64,000 nt of DNA from Spirochaetia bacterium (GTDB lineage Bacteria; Spirochaetota; Spirochaetia; SZUA-6; Bin103): the NCBI GenBank assembly GCA_965203905.1, contig CBDBDQ010000005.1:7200001-7264000 (forward strand), written 5' to 3'. The translations under genes and the position numbers were made by a program. Shown here piece by piece: positions 1 through 9,843 of this stretch. Position 1 is the stretch's first letter; each line of letters opens with the position of its first letter. Below the pieces are notes generated by a model. The model did not search any database. It was not told the DNA's origin and worked only from the letters and a program-made list of their open reading frames with translations.

Positions 1-433
1 CGTCGGGATGGTGCAGCGTGCGCAGCAGCAATTCCTGGTCCAGTGCCCGCAGGGCGGCCACCCAGCGTTCATGCAGCGCCTCCAGGAGGCTCAACGACGA
101 CTGGAGCGAGGTGGTGCGGGCGTCCGGCAGCTCGGCCCAAGCCGCCTCGTCGTACGGCTTGATGACCGGATTCTCCTCGGTAAGGGCCAGCTTGGTGCGG
201 AGGTAGGCGTTCAGGTGGCTGTCGGCGAGGTGATGCACCACCTGGCACACGCTCCAGCCGCCGGGCCGGTACGGCGTGGCGAGCTGACTCGCGGAGAGAT
301 CCTGCACCTCGGCACGCAACTCGCCCGGCAGGGCCTCGATCACGTCGATCCAATGCGCATGTTGCTGCCGGGTCGGACGCGGCACCTCCCGAAACCGCCC
401 GAGCGGGTACCTGAGTTGTTCCAGATCTTCCAT
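1..433 (-). CDS. yfiT: YfiT/BstA-type DinB-family bacillithiol transferase (runs off window edge)
   Basis: Not in ORF track; manual translation from ATG at 433: MEDLEQLRYPLGRF...TPYRPGGWSVCQVVHHLADSHLNAYLRTKLALTEENPVIKPYDEAAWAEL...LHERW. Confidence 0.85.
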   Translation of the reverse strand, partial: MEDLEQLRYPLGRFREVPRPTRQQHAHWIDVIEALPGELRAEVQDLSASQLATPYRPGGWSVCQVVHHLADSHLNAYLRTKLALTEENPVIKPYDEAAWAELPDARTTSLQSSLSLLEALHERWVAALRALDQELLLRTLHHPD

Positions 434-553
434 GGCGCGGATTATGCGAGCGGCGGCTCCCCGCGTCGAGCGGCCGGTATGCTATGGTCCCAATGTCGAA
501 ATACGCACGCATGACCGCGCGGTTGCGGCTGAGTGAGCCCTGGAGGAGCAAAT

Positions 554-1774
554 ATGGCTGAAACGGTCGTCATAGCCGGAGCGCTGGACACCAAGGGGGC
601 GGACTTCGCGTTCGTCAAGGAGCTGATCGAGGAAGCCGGGCTGGCTACCCTGGTGGTGGATTTCGGGGTGATGGGTGAGCCCGCGTTCGCCGCCGAGGTA
701 AGCCGCCAGGAGGTGTGCGCGGCCGGCGGCGGCGACCTCGCACACCTGGCGTCGGGCAGCCACAAGGACGAGGCGATGGCCACCATGGCGCGCGGCCTTG
801 CCGCCGTGGTGGGCAGGCTGCACGGCGAGGGACGGCTGGACGGCATCATCGGCATGGGCGGCAGCGGCGGCACCTCGCTGGCCACCACCGCCATGCGCGA
901 GTTGCCGGTGGGAGTGCCCAAGGTGATGGTGTCCACGGTGGGCGGCGGGGACGTCAGCGCCTTCGCCGGCACCAAGGACATCACCTTCATGCCGTCGGTG
1001 GTGGACGTCGCCGGCCTCAACCGCATCAGCCGCGACATCTACGCCAACGCCGCCGGCGCCATCGCCGGGATGGTGCGCACCCGTGCCGGCAGCGCCGACA
1101 CTCCGGCCGCCGGCGAACGGCCGCTGCTCACGGCGTCGATGTTCGGCAACACCACTACCGCCGTGGAGCACGCCCGCGGCATCCTCGAGGCCGCCGGCTA
1201 CGAGGTGCTGGTGTTCCACGCCACCGGCAGCGGCGGGCGCACCATGGAGGGGCTGATCAGCGACGGCTACATCGCCGGCAGCCTGGACATCACCACCACC
1301 GAGCTGGCCGATACGGTATGCGGCGGCGTGTTCGATGCCGGTCCCGAGCGCTGCCTGGCGGCGTCCCGCGCCGGCATCCCGGCGGTGGTCGTTCCCGGCT
1401 GCGTGGACATGGCCAACTTCGGCGGTCCCGAGACCGTGCCCGCGCAGTACCGCGACCGGCTCCTGTACGAGTGGAATCCGGACGTCACCCTGCTGCGCAC
1501 CAGCGTGGAGGAGAACCGCCGCATCGGTGAGATGATCGCCGCGGCCGTGAACGCCGCAACCGCCGCGGTGGCGGTGGTGGTGCCGCTCGGCGGCGTGTCG
1601 ATGCTGGACAGCGACGGCGAGCGGTTCTGGGACCCGGCGGCCGACCGCGCCTGCTTCGACGCGATCCGCGACAACCTGCGCCAGGGCATCCCGTTCCTGG
1701 AGGATGCGCACAACATCAACGATCCTGCCTTCTCGGGGCGGGTCGCGAATCTGCTGCTGGAGATGCTGCCATGA
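554..1774 (+). CDS. Tm-1-like ATP-binding domain protein (UPF0261)
   Basis: [47 protein letters not shown]; GGAGGAG RBS before ATG 554. Confidence 0.9.
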   Translation: MAETVVIAGALDTKGADFAFVKELIEEAGLATLVVDFGVMGEPAFAAEVSRQEVCAAGGGDLAHLASGSHKDEAMATMARGLAAVVGRLHGEGRLDGIIGMGGSGGTSLATTAMRELPVGVPKVMVSTVGGGDVSAFAGTKDITFMPSVVDVAGLNRISRDIYANAAGAIAGMVRTRAGSADTPAAGERPLLTASMFGNTTTAVEHARGILEAAGYEVLVFHATGSGGRTMEGLISDGYIAGSLDITTTELADTVCGGVFDAGPERCLAASRAGIPAVVVPGCVDMANFGGPETVPAQYRDRLLYEWNPDVTLLRTSVEENRRIGEMIAAAVNAATAAVAVVVPLGGVSMLDSDGERFWDPAADRACFDAIRDNLRQGIPFLEDAHNINDPAFSGRVANLLLEMLP

Positions 1775-2610
1775 CCGGGATTCCGCGCCAGGAGATCCTG
1801 CGCCGGCTGCACGCCCAGGCCGCGGCCGGGACGCCGGTGGTGGGCTGCGGCGCCGGAACCGGCATCTCGGCCAAGCTCGCCGAGGCGGGCGGCGCCGACC
1901 TGATCATCATCTACAACTCCGGCCGCTACCGCATGGCCGGGCGCGGCTCGCTGGCCGGGATGATGCCGTACGGCGACGCCAACGGCATCGTGGTGGAGAT
2001 GGCCTCCGAGGTGCTGCCGGTGGTGCAGGATACGCCGGTGCTGGCCGGGGTGTGCGGCACCGACCCCTTTCGCCTGCTGCCGGTGTTCCTGCGCCAGCTC
2101 AAGGAGATCGGTTTCTCCGGCGTGCAGAACTTCCCCACGGTGGGACTCGTCGACGGCGAGTTCCGGATCAACCTGGAAGCCACCGGGATGGGCTACGACA
2201 AGGAGATCGAGGCGATCCGCCTGGCGCACGAGCTGGATCTGTTTACCTCCCCCTACGTGTTCGACGAGGAGCAGGCTGAGGCGATGGCGCGTGCCGGAGC
2301 GGACCAACTCGTCGCCCACGTCGGACTGACCACTTCCGGCAGCATCGGCGCGGGCGTCGCCATGAGCCTGGACCAGGCCATCGAGCGGGTGCTGGCGATC
2401 GCCGCGGCCGGCCGCCGGGTGCGCGACGACCTGCTGGTGATCTGCCACGGCGGCCCGTTCGACGAGCCCGAGACCGTCACCGAGGCGCTGGCGCGCATGC
2501 CCGGCATCGACGGGTTTTTCGGCGCCTCTTCGATCGAACGGCTGCCCACCGAGCGCGCCATCACCGGCCAGGTGCGGGCGTTCAAGGCGGCGCCCCTGGC
2601 GCCCCGCTGA
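1771..2610 (+). CDS. TIM-barrel phosphoenolpyruvate hydrolase-like family protein
   Basis: [49 protein letters not shown]; ATGA overlap with upstream gene. Confidence 0.9.
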   Translation: MTGIPRQEILRRLHAQAAAGTPVVGCGAGTGISAKLAEAGGADLIIIYNSGRYRMAGRGSLAGMMPYGDANGIVVEMASEVLPVVQDTPVLAGVCGTDPFRLLPVFLRQLKEIGFSGVQNFPTVGLVDGEFRINLEATGMGYDKEIEAIRLAHELDLFTSPYVFDEEQAEAMARAGADQLVAHVGLTTSGSIGAGVAMSLDQAIERVLAIAAAGRRVRDDLLVICHGGPFDEPETVTEALARMPGIDGFFGASSIERLPTERAITGQVRAFKAAPLAPR

Positions 2611-2616
2611 TTCGGT

Positions 2617-2979
2617 CTACTCCAGCACGAAGTCGCGTTCCGCGGTGGAGTAGGCGATGATCATCTCCGCATCCTCGACGCCGTTGTTGATGCCGTTGTG
2701 GAATACCCCGGCGGGGACCGAGATGGTGTCGCCCGGCTGCATGGCGAACGACTCGTCGCCGAGCGTGTGGGTGATGGTTCCGCGCAGCAGGTAGAGCACC
2801 TCTTCGCAGGTGCGGTGACAGTGGCGCGGGTTGGAGGTCCCCGCCTTGATGACCACGTGTCCGAGGGTGATGCCGTCGGCGTTGCCGATAGCGGCGTTGG
2901 CCAGCCAGCGCAGCGCGCCCCAGCTCTGATCCTGACGGGCGGCGAGGCTCTCGTGGTCCCGGTACATCGTTCGTTGCAT
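2617..2979 (-). CDS. Cupin domain protein
   Basis: HCHRTCEEVLY and PAGVFH cupin motifs; AAGGAG RBS. Confidence 0.85.
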   Translation of the reverse strand: MQRTMYRDHESLAARQDQSWGALRWLANAAIGNADGITLGHVVIKAGTSNPRHCHRTCEEVLYLLRGTITHTLGDESFAMQPGDTISVPAGVFHNGINNGVEDAEMIIAYSTAERDFVLE

Positions 2980-3097
2980 GACATTCGCTCCTTGGCGCGG
3001 CAAGTGATGCTGCCGGCGATTGTGCGCGCACCACCGCATGCCTGTCGATACCTGGGAGGCTGTCTCGACGCTTGGGAGCGATGGCATAATCAGGGTC

Positions 3098-4195
3098 ATG
3101 CAGCGACTCGACTCCCAGCACCTGTGGATCAGCGGCGAGGACGGCTACTTCCGCTACCGCATTCCCGCTCTCACCGTGACCCCCGCCGGCACCGTGCTGG
3201 CCTTCTGCGAAGCGCGCAAGTACACCGGCGCCGACTCGGACCAGATCGACCTGCTGGTGCGGCGCAGCGACGATCACGGCAAGAGTTTCGGCCCCCCGCA
3301 ACTGGTGGCGACCGAGCCGGATTGGGTCTGCGGCAACCCCGCGCCTGTGGTGGACCGCGACACCGGCAGCATCTGGCTGCCGTTCTGCAAGAACCGCCGC
3401 GACGGCGACGAGCGCATGATCTGCCAGGGGCAGGCGCCGCGCACGGTCTGGGTCACCGCCAGCCACGACGACGGGGTCACCTGGGAGGAGCCGGTCGAGA
3501 TCACGGCACAGGTCAAGCAACCGGACTGGACCTGGTACGCCACCGGTCCCGGCCACGGCATTCAGCTCGCCTCAGGCCGCCTCCTGATCCCCTGCGATCA
3601 TATCGTCGTCCGCCACTACGAAGCGCACGACCCCTACCACTCCCACGTCATCTACTCGGACGATCACGGCGCCACCTGGGCCATCGGCGGCAGTACCGAC
3701 GAGGGGACCAACGAGTCGATCGCGGTGCAGACCGAGGACGGCTGGCTGTGTCTCAACTGCCGCAACAAGGGCACCCTGCGCCAGGCGGAGGGCGGCCAGC
3801 ATCGGGCGGTGGCGTGGAGCAACGACGGCGGCGAGACGTTCTCTCCCATCGTGCGCGACGTGGCGCTGCCGGAACCGATCTGCCAGGCGAGCATGTGCCA
3901 CTGGCCCGGCCGCGATGGACGCCAGCGGATCCTGTTCAGCAACCCCGCCGCGACCACCCGGCGCCGCATGACCGTGCGCCTCAGCTACGACGGGTGCCGC
4001 AGTTGGCCGCTGGCGCGGGTCCTGACCGAGGGCGCGGCGGCTTACTCCGACCTGTGCGTGGCGGGCGACGGGATGGTCTGCTGCCTGTACGAGGCCGGCG
4101 CCGGCAACGACCCCTACGATCGTCTGACCCTGGCGCGCTTCAACCTGGAGTGGCTCACCCGCGGCGCAGATCTGGCCGGCAGCGACGACTCGTGA
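3098..4195 (+). CDS. Sialidase-like BNR/Asp-box beta-propeller glycosidase (GH33-like)
   Basis: YRIP motif and five Asp-boxes (SDDHGKSF, SHDDGVTW, SDDHGATW, SNDGGETF, SYDGCRSW), AYSDL. Confidence 0.88.
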   Translation: MQRLDSQHLWISGEDGYFRYRIPALTVTPAGTVLAFCEARKYTGADSDQIDLLVRRSDDHGKSFGPPQLVATEPDWVCGNPAPVVDRDTGSIWLPFCKNRRDGDERMICQGQAPRTVWVTASHDDGVTWEEPVEITAQVKQPDWTWYATGPGHGIQLASGRLLIPCDHIVVRHYEAHDPYHSHVIYSDDHGATWAIGGSTDEGTNESIAVQTEDGWLCLNCRNKGTLRQAEGGQHRAVAWSNDGGETFSPIVRDVALPEPICQASMCHWPGRDGRQRILFSNPAATTRRRMTVRLSYDGCRSWPLARVLTEGAAAYSDLCVAGDGMVCCLYEAGAGNDPYDRLTLARFNLEWLTRGADLAGSDDS

Positions 4196-4298
4196 GCGTG
4201 ACGTTCCGCCAGACCGATCGGCGGGCGCCGGCTGTCGGGTGAGGTGAAGGTGAACCGCTCCTTGCCGGACTGCCTGCCGGCACGCTACACTGAGAGAG

Positions 4299-4835
4299 AT
4301 GGGCAAGTTCGGAATACAGGCTGTGCTGGCGGTTGCGCTGGCGGTAGTGACGCCTGCTCTGGCGGCGGCCGCAACTCCCGCGGTGGGCGAAACGGCACCT
4401 GACTTCGAGCTCCCCAGTGCCGCGGGCGAGACTCACTCGCTTTCGGCCACCCTGGAAGAGGGCCCGGTGGTGGTCGTCTTCTACCGCGCCTTCTGGTGAA
4501 CCTATTGCCGGCGTCAGCTGGTCGAGCTGACCGACAAGTACGAACAGATCCAGGAACTGGGCGCCGAGGTGGTGGCCATCAGCACCGACGACCTCTCCGG
4601 CGCGAAGTCGATCGTCGGCCGCGTCGGGATCCCGTTCCCCATCCTCTACAACAGCAAAGCCGACGTGGTGCGGGAATACGGGGTGTACAACCTGCTCGGT
4701 GACGGCCTCGCGGCACCCGCCACCTTCGTCATCGACGGCGACGGCGTAGTGCGCTGGTCGTACATCGGCCGCCGCAACAGCGACCGCCCCAAGGCGGCCA
4801 CGGTAATCAGCGAACTCCAGCGCCTCGAATCGTAG
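4299..4835 (+). CDS. AhpC/TSA peroxiredoxin-like selenoprotein (UxxC; TGA at 4497-4499 read as Sec)
   Basis: ORFs 4299..4499 and 4569..4835 are in frame; FYRAFW-TGA-TYCRRQL matches the WCxxC active site; signal peptide; APDFELP, PATFVIDGDGVVRW. Confidence 0.85.
4513..4531 (+). promoter_or_regulatory. Putative bacterial SECIS hairpin
   Basis: GTCAGCT-GGTCG-AGCTGAC: perfect 7-bp stem, G-rich loop starting 20 nt after the in-frame UGA. Confidence 0.7.
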
Positions 4836-4878
4836 CCGTCCGGGCCGGTGGCGCTGCCGGCATGCTATGGTAGCCGCC

Positions 4879-5859
4879 ATGGCCAGTACCGACTCACCCA
4901 TCGCCGGGCGTGACTGGAGCGCGCCGGTTCCCTACCCGGATCCGGCGGTCCAGGCACACGACCCCCGCTTCGCCGTCTTCAAGCTGAACAACGCCGCCGT
5001 GGAGAGGTTGTTCACCGGTGCCCGCTGGGCCGAGGGGCCGGTGTGGTTCGGCGATCACGACTGCCTGCTGTTCAGCGACATTCCCAACAACCGGATCCTG
5101 CGCTTCGACGCCGCCAGCGGCGCCGTCAGCGAGTTCCGCCGTCCTTCCAACAACACCAACGGCAACTGCCGCGACGCCCAGGGACGGCTGCTCTCCTGCG
5201 AGCACGACTCGCGCCGCGTCACCCGCACCGGGCACGACGGCAGCGTCAGCGTGCTGATCGACCGCTTCGACGGCAAGCCGCTCAACGGGCCGAACGATCT
5301 CTGCACCCATCCCGACGGCTCCATCTGGTTCACCGATCCCGGCTACGGGACCCTGTTCCAATACGAGGGGCACTGGGCCGAACACGAGCTGCCCGCCTGC
5401 GTGTACCGCCTCGATCCCGGCACCGGCCGGACGACCATCGCGGTGGCCGACATGGTGATGCCCAACGGCATCTGCTTCTCGCCCGACTACCGGCGCCTCT
5501 ACGTGGTGGAGACCGGCGCCTCCCACCACCCCGATTGCCCCCGCGTGATCTACGTATACGACGTGGAGGGAGAGCGGGCGCTGCGGCAGCGGGTGTTCGT
5601 CGACATGCAGCCGGGCGGCTCCGATGGGGTGCGCACCGACATCCACGGCAACCTGTGGGCGGCCGCGGGCTGGGCCGGAGAGGGCTACGATGGAGTTCAC
5701 TGTTTCTCGCCGGAGGGCGAGCTGCTCGGGCAGATCCACCTGCCGGAACCGTGCGCCAACCTGTGCTTCGGCGGCCGCAGGAAGAACCGCCTGTTCATGA
5801 CCGCCAGCCAGTCCCTGTACGCCGTTTACCTGGAGACCGTCGGCGCCCAGACCCCGTAG
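4879..5859 (+). CDS. SMP-30/gluconolactonase family protein
   Basis: WAEGPVW, FSDIPNNRI, LNGPND, PNGICFSPD, DGVRTDIHGNLW, ANLCFGG. Confidence 0.9.
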   Translation: MASTDSPIAGRDWSAPVPYPDPAVQAHDPRFAVFKLNNAAVERLFTGARWAEGPVWFGDHDCLLFSDIPNNRILRFDAASGAVSEFRRPSNNTNGNCRDAQGRLLSCEHDSRRVTRTGHDGSVSVLIDRFDGKPLNGPNDLCTHPDGSIWFTDPGYGTLFQYEGHWAEHELPACVYRLDPGTGRTTIAVADMVMPNGICFSPDYRRLYVVETGASHHPDCPRVIYVYDVEGERALRQRVFVDMQPGGSDGVRTDIHGNLWAAAGWAGEGYDGVHCFSPEGELLGQIHLPEPCANLCFGGRRKNRLFMTASQSLYAVYLETVGAQTP

Positions 5860-5967
5860 GGGAGTCGCTATAGGTCCTTGTCGGTAGCCCGCCAAGCTCC
5901 TATAGTGCGGGGTAGAGTCTGGGGTTCCGGTTGCAGCGCGGGAACCCGCTTCCAGGAGTGAGCAGCC

Positions 5968-8535
5968 ATGTCAGGATCGAACGGAACATTGGCGGTCGGA
6001 ATCCGCGAGCGGGAGGCACCGCATGTCCCGGCCGAGCGCGAGGTATCGATCCCCGCGTACGACGCGGACCGGTTCGAGCAGGTGGGCTTTCTCACCGCCA
6101 TGACCCTTACCCTGCTGGGGAACTACGCGCAGACCGGGCACTTCGGCGGGCCGCTTGCCTATACGCCGTACAACGTCGCCCTGCATCTGGCCGGCCCCGA
6201 TGCCGGCGGCCTGCGCTACGACTACCGCCGTCCCAAACATCCCTACGCCGACCGCTTCCTGCTGGCTGGCGGACATAACATCCCCACCGCGTACGCGCTG
6301 TGGATGATCATGGGCGAAGCGCTGGCCCGGCGCCACGCCGCCACCGGTGACGGCCGCTACCAGGTGGACCCCGAGGTGGCGCTGCTGCCGATCGACTGCC
6401 TGGGCTTCCGCCGCGGGGCGGGAGCGCTGGCGACCCTGCTGGCCGACCATGGGCTGACCGACGACCCGCTGTTCGCGCAGGCGAAGCTGCGTGGCATCCG
6501 CTCCCTCGCGGGTCACGCGGAAACCACCGACCTGACCAACGACGTCAACGGCGGTCCCTCCGGGATCGGCATCGGCACCTCGGCCGGCAAGGCCGCGTTC
6601 TGGGACTTCGCCGGTGCCCCGCCCTCCCTGAAGGTGATGGCCCTGGAGGGCGAGTTCGCCATGACCGCCGGACACGCCCAGGAGCTCAAGACCCAGGCGG
6701 TGGCCCAGCAGGTGGGCAAGCGGCTTCGCATCCTGCTGTCGTACAACAACGCCGGCATCGACGACCGGCTGCAAGGGGGCGTGGTTCCCGACGGTCTGGA
6801 TGCCTATTCCATCGAGGAGCAATGGGCCTCCTACGGCTGGAACGTGTTCTCGCTCGCGGACGGCAACAGCTACGACGAGATCCTGGCCGCGTTCCGCGCC
6901 ATGGAGCAGTGGGACCCCACGGACCGGCGGCCGATGATCGTGGTCGGACGCACCACCAAGGGCTGGTGGCCCGCCGCCGTCAACGGCACCATTCCCGGTT
7001 TCGGCGAACAGCTTGTCAGCTACCACAGCCACCCCTACGACATGAAGATGAACGTCCCCTACTTCGTCGGGCTGGCGCAGACCTTCGAACGCCGCTTCGG
7101 GGTGACCTTCGCCGGGATTCACGACGGCGCCGTGGACGACCCGCGGGAACGGCTGATCCAGTTCAAGTCCAACGTCGACGTGGTCATGTCGGTGCTGGAT
7201 CAGGACGGCCTCGGGGAATGGCTCGCCGACCGGATGCTGGCCATTGCCGACACGGTCGACGATGAACTGCCGCTCCGGATCGGCGTCACCGGCGACCCGT
7301 TCCAGGATCCGCAGTTGCGGGTGGCAAACCTGCCCACCGAACCGCGCAACCTGGAACTGACCCATCCCGTCAGCGGGGAGCGTTCGCAGGCCCAGGTGAC
7401 GCTGTTCCAGCAGCCCGGAGAGGTCGCCGGCACCCGCCGCGCCATCTCCGAGGTAGTGAAGTGGATGAACTACGTCACCGGCAACCGCTTCATCACGGTG
7501 GCGGCCGACCTCTCCGGATCGATCAACGTCGAGAGCGGGTCGCTGACCGGCCACTACGATCCCGTTTCCAATCCGGCCGGCACCCGCTTCAAGGCCGCGA
7601 TCCAGGAGGCCTGCAACACCCTCACGGCGATCGGCCTGGTGAGCCAGAGCGCCTCTCCCGACCCCGACCTGCACAACGGCGTGTGGGCCCTGAGCGGCAG
7701 CTACGGCGCCTTCACCCCGCTGATGTACCTGCCGGCCCGGGTGTGGAGCCAGCAGAACCAGGACAGCCCCTTCCGCGTCGGCGTGCTCAACATCCTGGCG
7801 GGACACTCCGGCCCCGAGACCGCGGCTGACGCGCGCACCCACTTCGGCATCTTCGCCCCGCAGGTGTGGCGCCTGTTTCCGCGTGGCCAGGCGATCTGCC
7901 TCAGCTTCTGGGACTACAACGACGTGGCACCCGGCTACTTTGCCGCCGCCGAGATCGCCGCCCGCGAGGCGGAAGTCGGCGTGATCGTGATCGAGGTGGC
8001 GCGTCCCGACTTCCCGGTGGCGGACCGCTCCCGGTTCGCCGACTCCGACCTCGCCGCGGCCGCCAAGGGCTGCTACGTGATCCGCGATTTCGCGCCCGAC
8101 CGCCCGCGTCACGGATACGTGGTGGTGCAGGGATCGAGCTCCACCTTCAACCTGGTGCAGGCACTGCCGCGGCTGGAGGCGCTGGGAATCAACGTCAAGG
8201 TGGTGGCGGCGGTGAGCGAGGAGCTGTTCGATCGCCAGCCCGAGGCCTACCGCAACGCGGTGCTGCCGCCGCAGGCGAAGGCCGACCTGATGGTGGTCAG
8301 CACCGGCACCCAGCGGGTGTGGCCGCTGCGCGACGTGGGGCCGCTGGTGAGCGAGTATTCGCTGACCTCGGACTGGCACGAGCGCTGGCTCACCGGCGGC
8401 ACCGAGGCGGACGTGATTGCCGAGGCCCACCTCGACGGCGACTCCATCGTGGCGGGGATCGAACGGTTCGCCGCCGAGCGTGCACAGCGCCTGGAGCGCC
8501 AGCGGAAGCTGCTCGCGGCACTGGATCCAGCCTAG
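5968..8535 (+). CDS. Divergent single-chain transketolase-like ThDP enzyme
   Basis: GHFGG, DRFLLAGGH, GHAE, ADLSGS, IQEA, GHSGPETAADARTH; ThDP motif is GEF...NN rather than GDG...N. Confidence 0.8.
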   Translation: MSGSNGTLAVGIREREAPHVPAEREVSIPAYDADRFEQVGFLTAMTLTLLGNYAQTGHFGGPLAYTPYNVALHLAGPDAGGLRYDYRRPKHPYADRFLLAGGHNIPTAYALWMIMGEALARRHAATGDGRYQVDPEVALLPIDCLGFRRGAGALATLLADHGLTDDPLFAQAKLRGIRSLAGHAETTDLTNDVNGGPSGIGIGTSAGKAAFWDFAGAPPSLKVMALEGEFAMTAGHAQELKTQAVAQQVGKRLRILLSYNNAGIDDRLQGGVVPDGLDAYSIEEQWASYGWNVFSLADGNSYDEILAAFRAMEQWDPTDRRPMIVVGRTTKGWWPAAVNGTIPGFGEQLVSYHSHPYDMKMNVPYFVGLAQTFERRFGVTFAGIHDGAVDDPRERLIQFKSNVDVVMSVLDQDGLGEWLADRMLAIADTVDDELPLRIGVTGDPFQDPQLRVANLPTEPRNLELTHPVSGERSQAQVTLFQQPGEVAGTRRAISEVVKWMNYVTGNRFITVAADLSGSINVESGSLTGHYDPVSNPAGTRFKAAIQEACNTLTAIGLVSQSASPDPDLHNGVWALSGSYGAFTPLMYLPARVWSQQNQDSPFRVGVLNILAGHSGPETAADARTHFGIFAPQVWRLFPRGQAICLSFWDYNDVAPGYFAAAEIAAREAEVGVIVIEVARPDFPVADRSRFADSDLAAAAKGCYVIRDFAPDRPRHGYVVVQGSSSTFNLVQALPRLEALGINVKVVAAVSEELFDRQPEAYRNAVLPPQAKADLMVVSTGTQRVWPLRDVGPLVSEYSLTSDWHERWLTGGTEADVIAEAHLDGDSIVAGIERFAAERAQRLERQRKLLAALDPA

Positions 8536-8546
8536 GCACCCACTGC

Positions 8547-9779
8547 ATGGCAACCACGCTTCAGGCACGGCCCCGGATCGCGCGGCGTATCGAACGGCTC
8601 GGCACCGAGACCGCCTTCGCCGTATCCGGCGATGCGGCCAGCTGGGCCGCACAGGGAAACCGCGTCTACCCGTTCCACCTGGGCGACATGAACATCCGTA
8701 CCCCGCTGAATATCATCCGCGCCGCGTATACCGCGATGGTGGAGGGAAGGACCTTCTACACCCCGGCGGCGGGCATCCCCCAGCTTCGCGAGGCGCTCGC
8801 AGAGGCGCTCAGCGAGCAGCGCAGGGTGGAGTACCACGCCACCAACGTGTCGGTGCAGCCCGGCGGCAAGCCGTGCATCGGGAAGTTCCTGATGGCGGTG
8901 ATGGAACCGGGCGACGGCGTGCTCTACCCGAACCCCGGCTATCCGATCTACGAGTCGCAGGTCGACTTTCTCGGGGGCCGCGGTCAGCCCTACACCTACA
9001 CCGTGGAGGACGCGCGCTTCGGTATCGACCGCGACTCGATCCAGCGGGCCGTGGACGACACCACGCGGGTGCTGATCGTCAACGCCCAGCACAACCCCAC
9101 CGGCGCCGACGCCAGCGAGGCCGAGCTGGAGTGGCTGGCCGAGCTGGCACGGGAGCGCGACCTGTGGGTGCTCTCGGACGATCCCTACGTCGACATCCGC
9201 TACGCCGGCCGCAGCCATACCATCGTGGAGTATGAGGGCATGTCCGAGCGCACCGTCATCGGCTACACCTTCTCCAAGAAGTACGCCATGACCGGCTGGC
9301 GGCTGGGTGCCGCCATCGGCCCCGCCCACGTGGTCGACATCATCACCAAGATCAATACCAATGACGAGTCGTGCACCAACCAGTTCGTGCAGATGGCCGG
9401 GGTGGAGGCGCTGCGCGGTGACCAGAGCGGCGCGGAAAGCATCCTCTCGACGCTGCAGGCGAGGCGGGACCTGATCGTGGACCGTCTGAACGCCATCGAC
9501 GGCGTGTCGGTGCCCGCCTCGGACGCTACCTTCTACCTGTTTGCCGACGTTACCGACGTCTACCAGCGCCACGGATACTCCTTCACCCGCGCCGGGGATG
9601 GGCAGAGGTTCCGGGTCGCGACCATGCGGGAGACCGGCGTGTCGTTCTGTGCCCGCACCCACTTCGGCCGCGCATTGCCGGGCGAGGAGCGGGTGTACGT
9701 CCGTTTCGCCTACTCGGGCATCGACGAGAACGACGCGGAAGAGGGACTGGCGGCGCTGAAGAGCTACTGGGAGGGCTGA
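8547..9779 (+). CDS. Class I/II PLP aminotransferase (aspartate aminotransferase-like)
   Basis: YTPAAGIPQLR, HNPTG, SDDPY, FSKKYAMTGWRLG. Confidence 0.92.
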   Translation: MATTLQARPRIARRIERLGTETAFAVSGDAASWAAQGNRVYPFHLGDMNIRTPLNIIRAAYTAMVEGRTFYTPAAGIPQLREALAEALSEQRRVEYHATNVSVQPGGKPCIGKFLMAVMEPGDGVLYPNPGYPIYESQVDFLGGRGQPYTYTVEDARFGIDRDSIQRAVDDTTRVLIVNAQHNPTGADASEAELEWLAELARERDLWVLSDDPYVDIRYAGRSHTIVEYEGMSERTVIGYTFSKKYAMTGWRLGAAIGPAHVVDIITKINTNDESCTNQFVQMAGVEALRGDQSGAESILSTLQARRDLIVDRLNAIDGVSVPASDATFYLFADVTDVYQRHGYSFTRAGDGQRFRVATMRETGVSFCARTHFGRALPGEERVYVRFAYSGIDENDAEEGLAALKSYWEG

Positions 9780-9843
9780 GGCCGGGCACCGGCACACCCG
9801 GCCGGAGATTGCCGGCACGCACCCGGCGGCTATATCTTGCCGC

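Noticed and set aside
5971-8652. Very long antisense or alternate-frame ORFs (893 aa here, and many others in the track)
   Set aside because: Shadow ORFs typical of high-GC DNA; they overlap well-supported genes and have no motifs.
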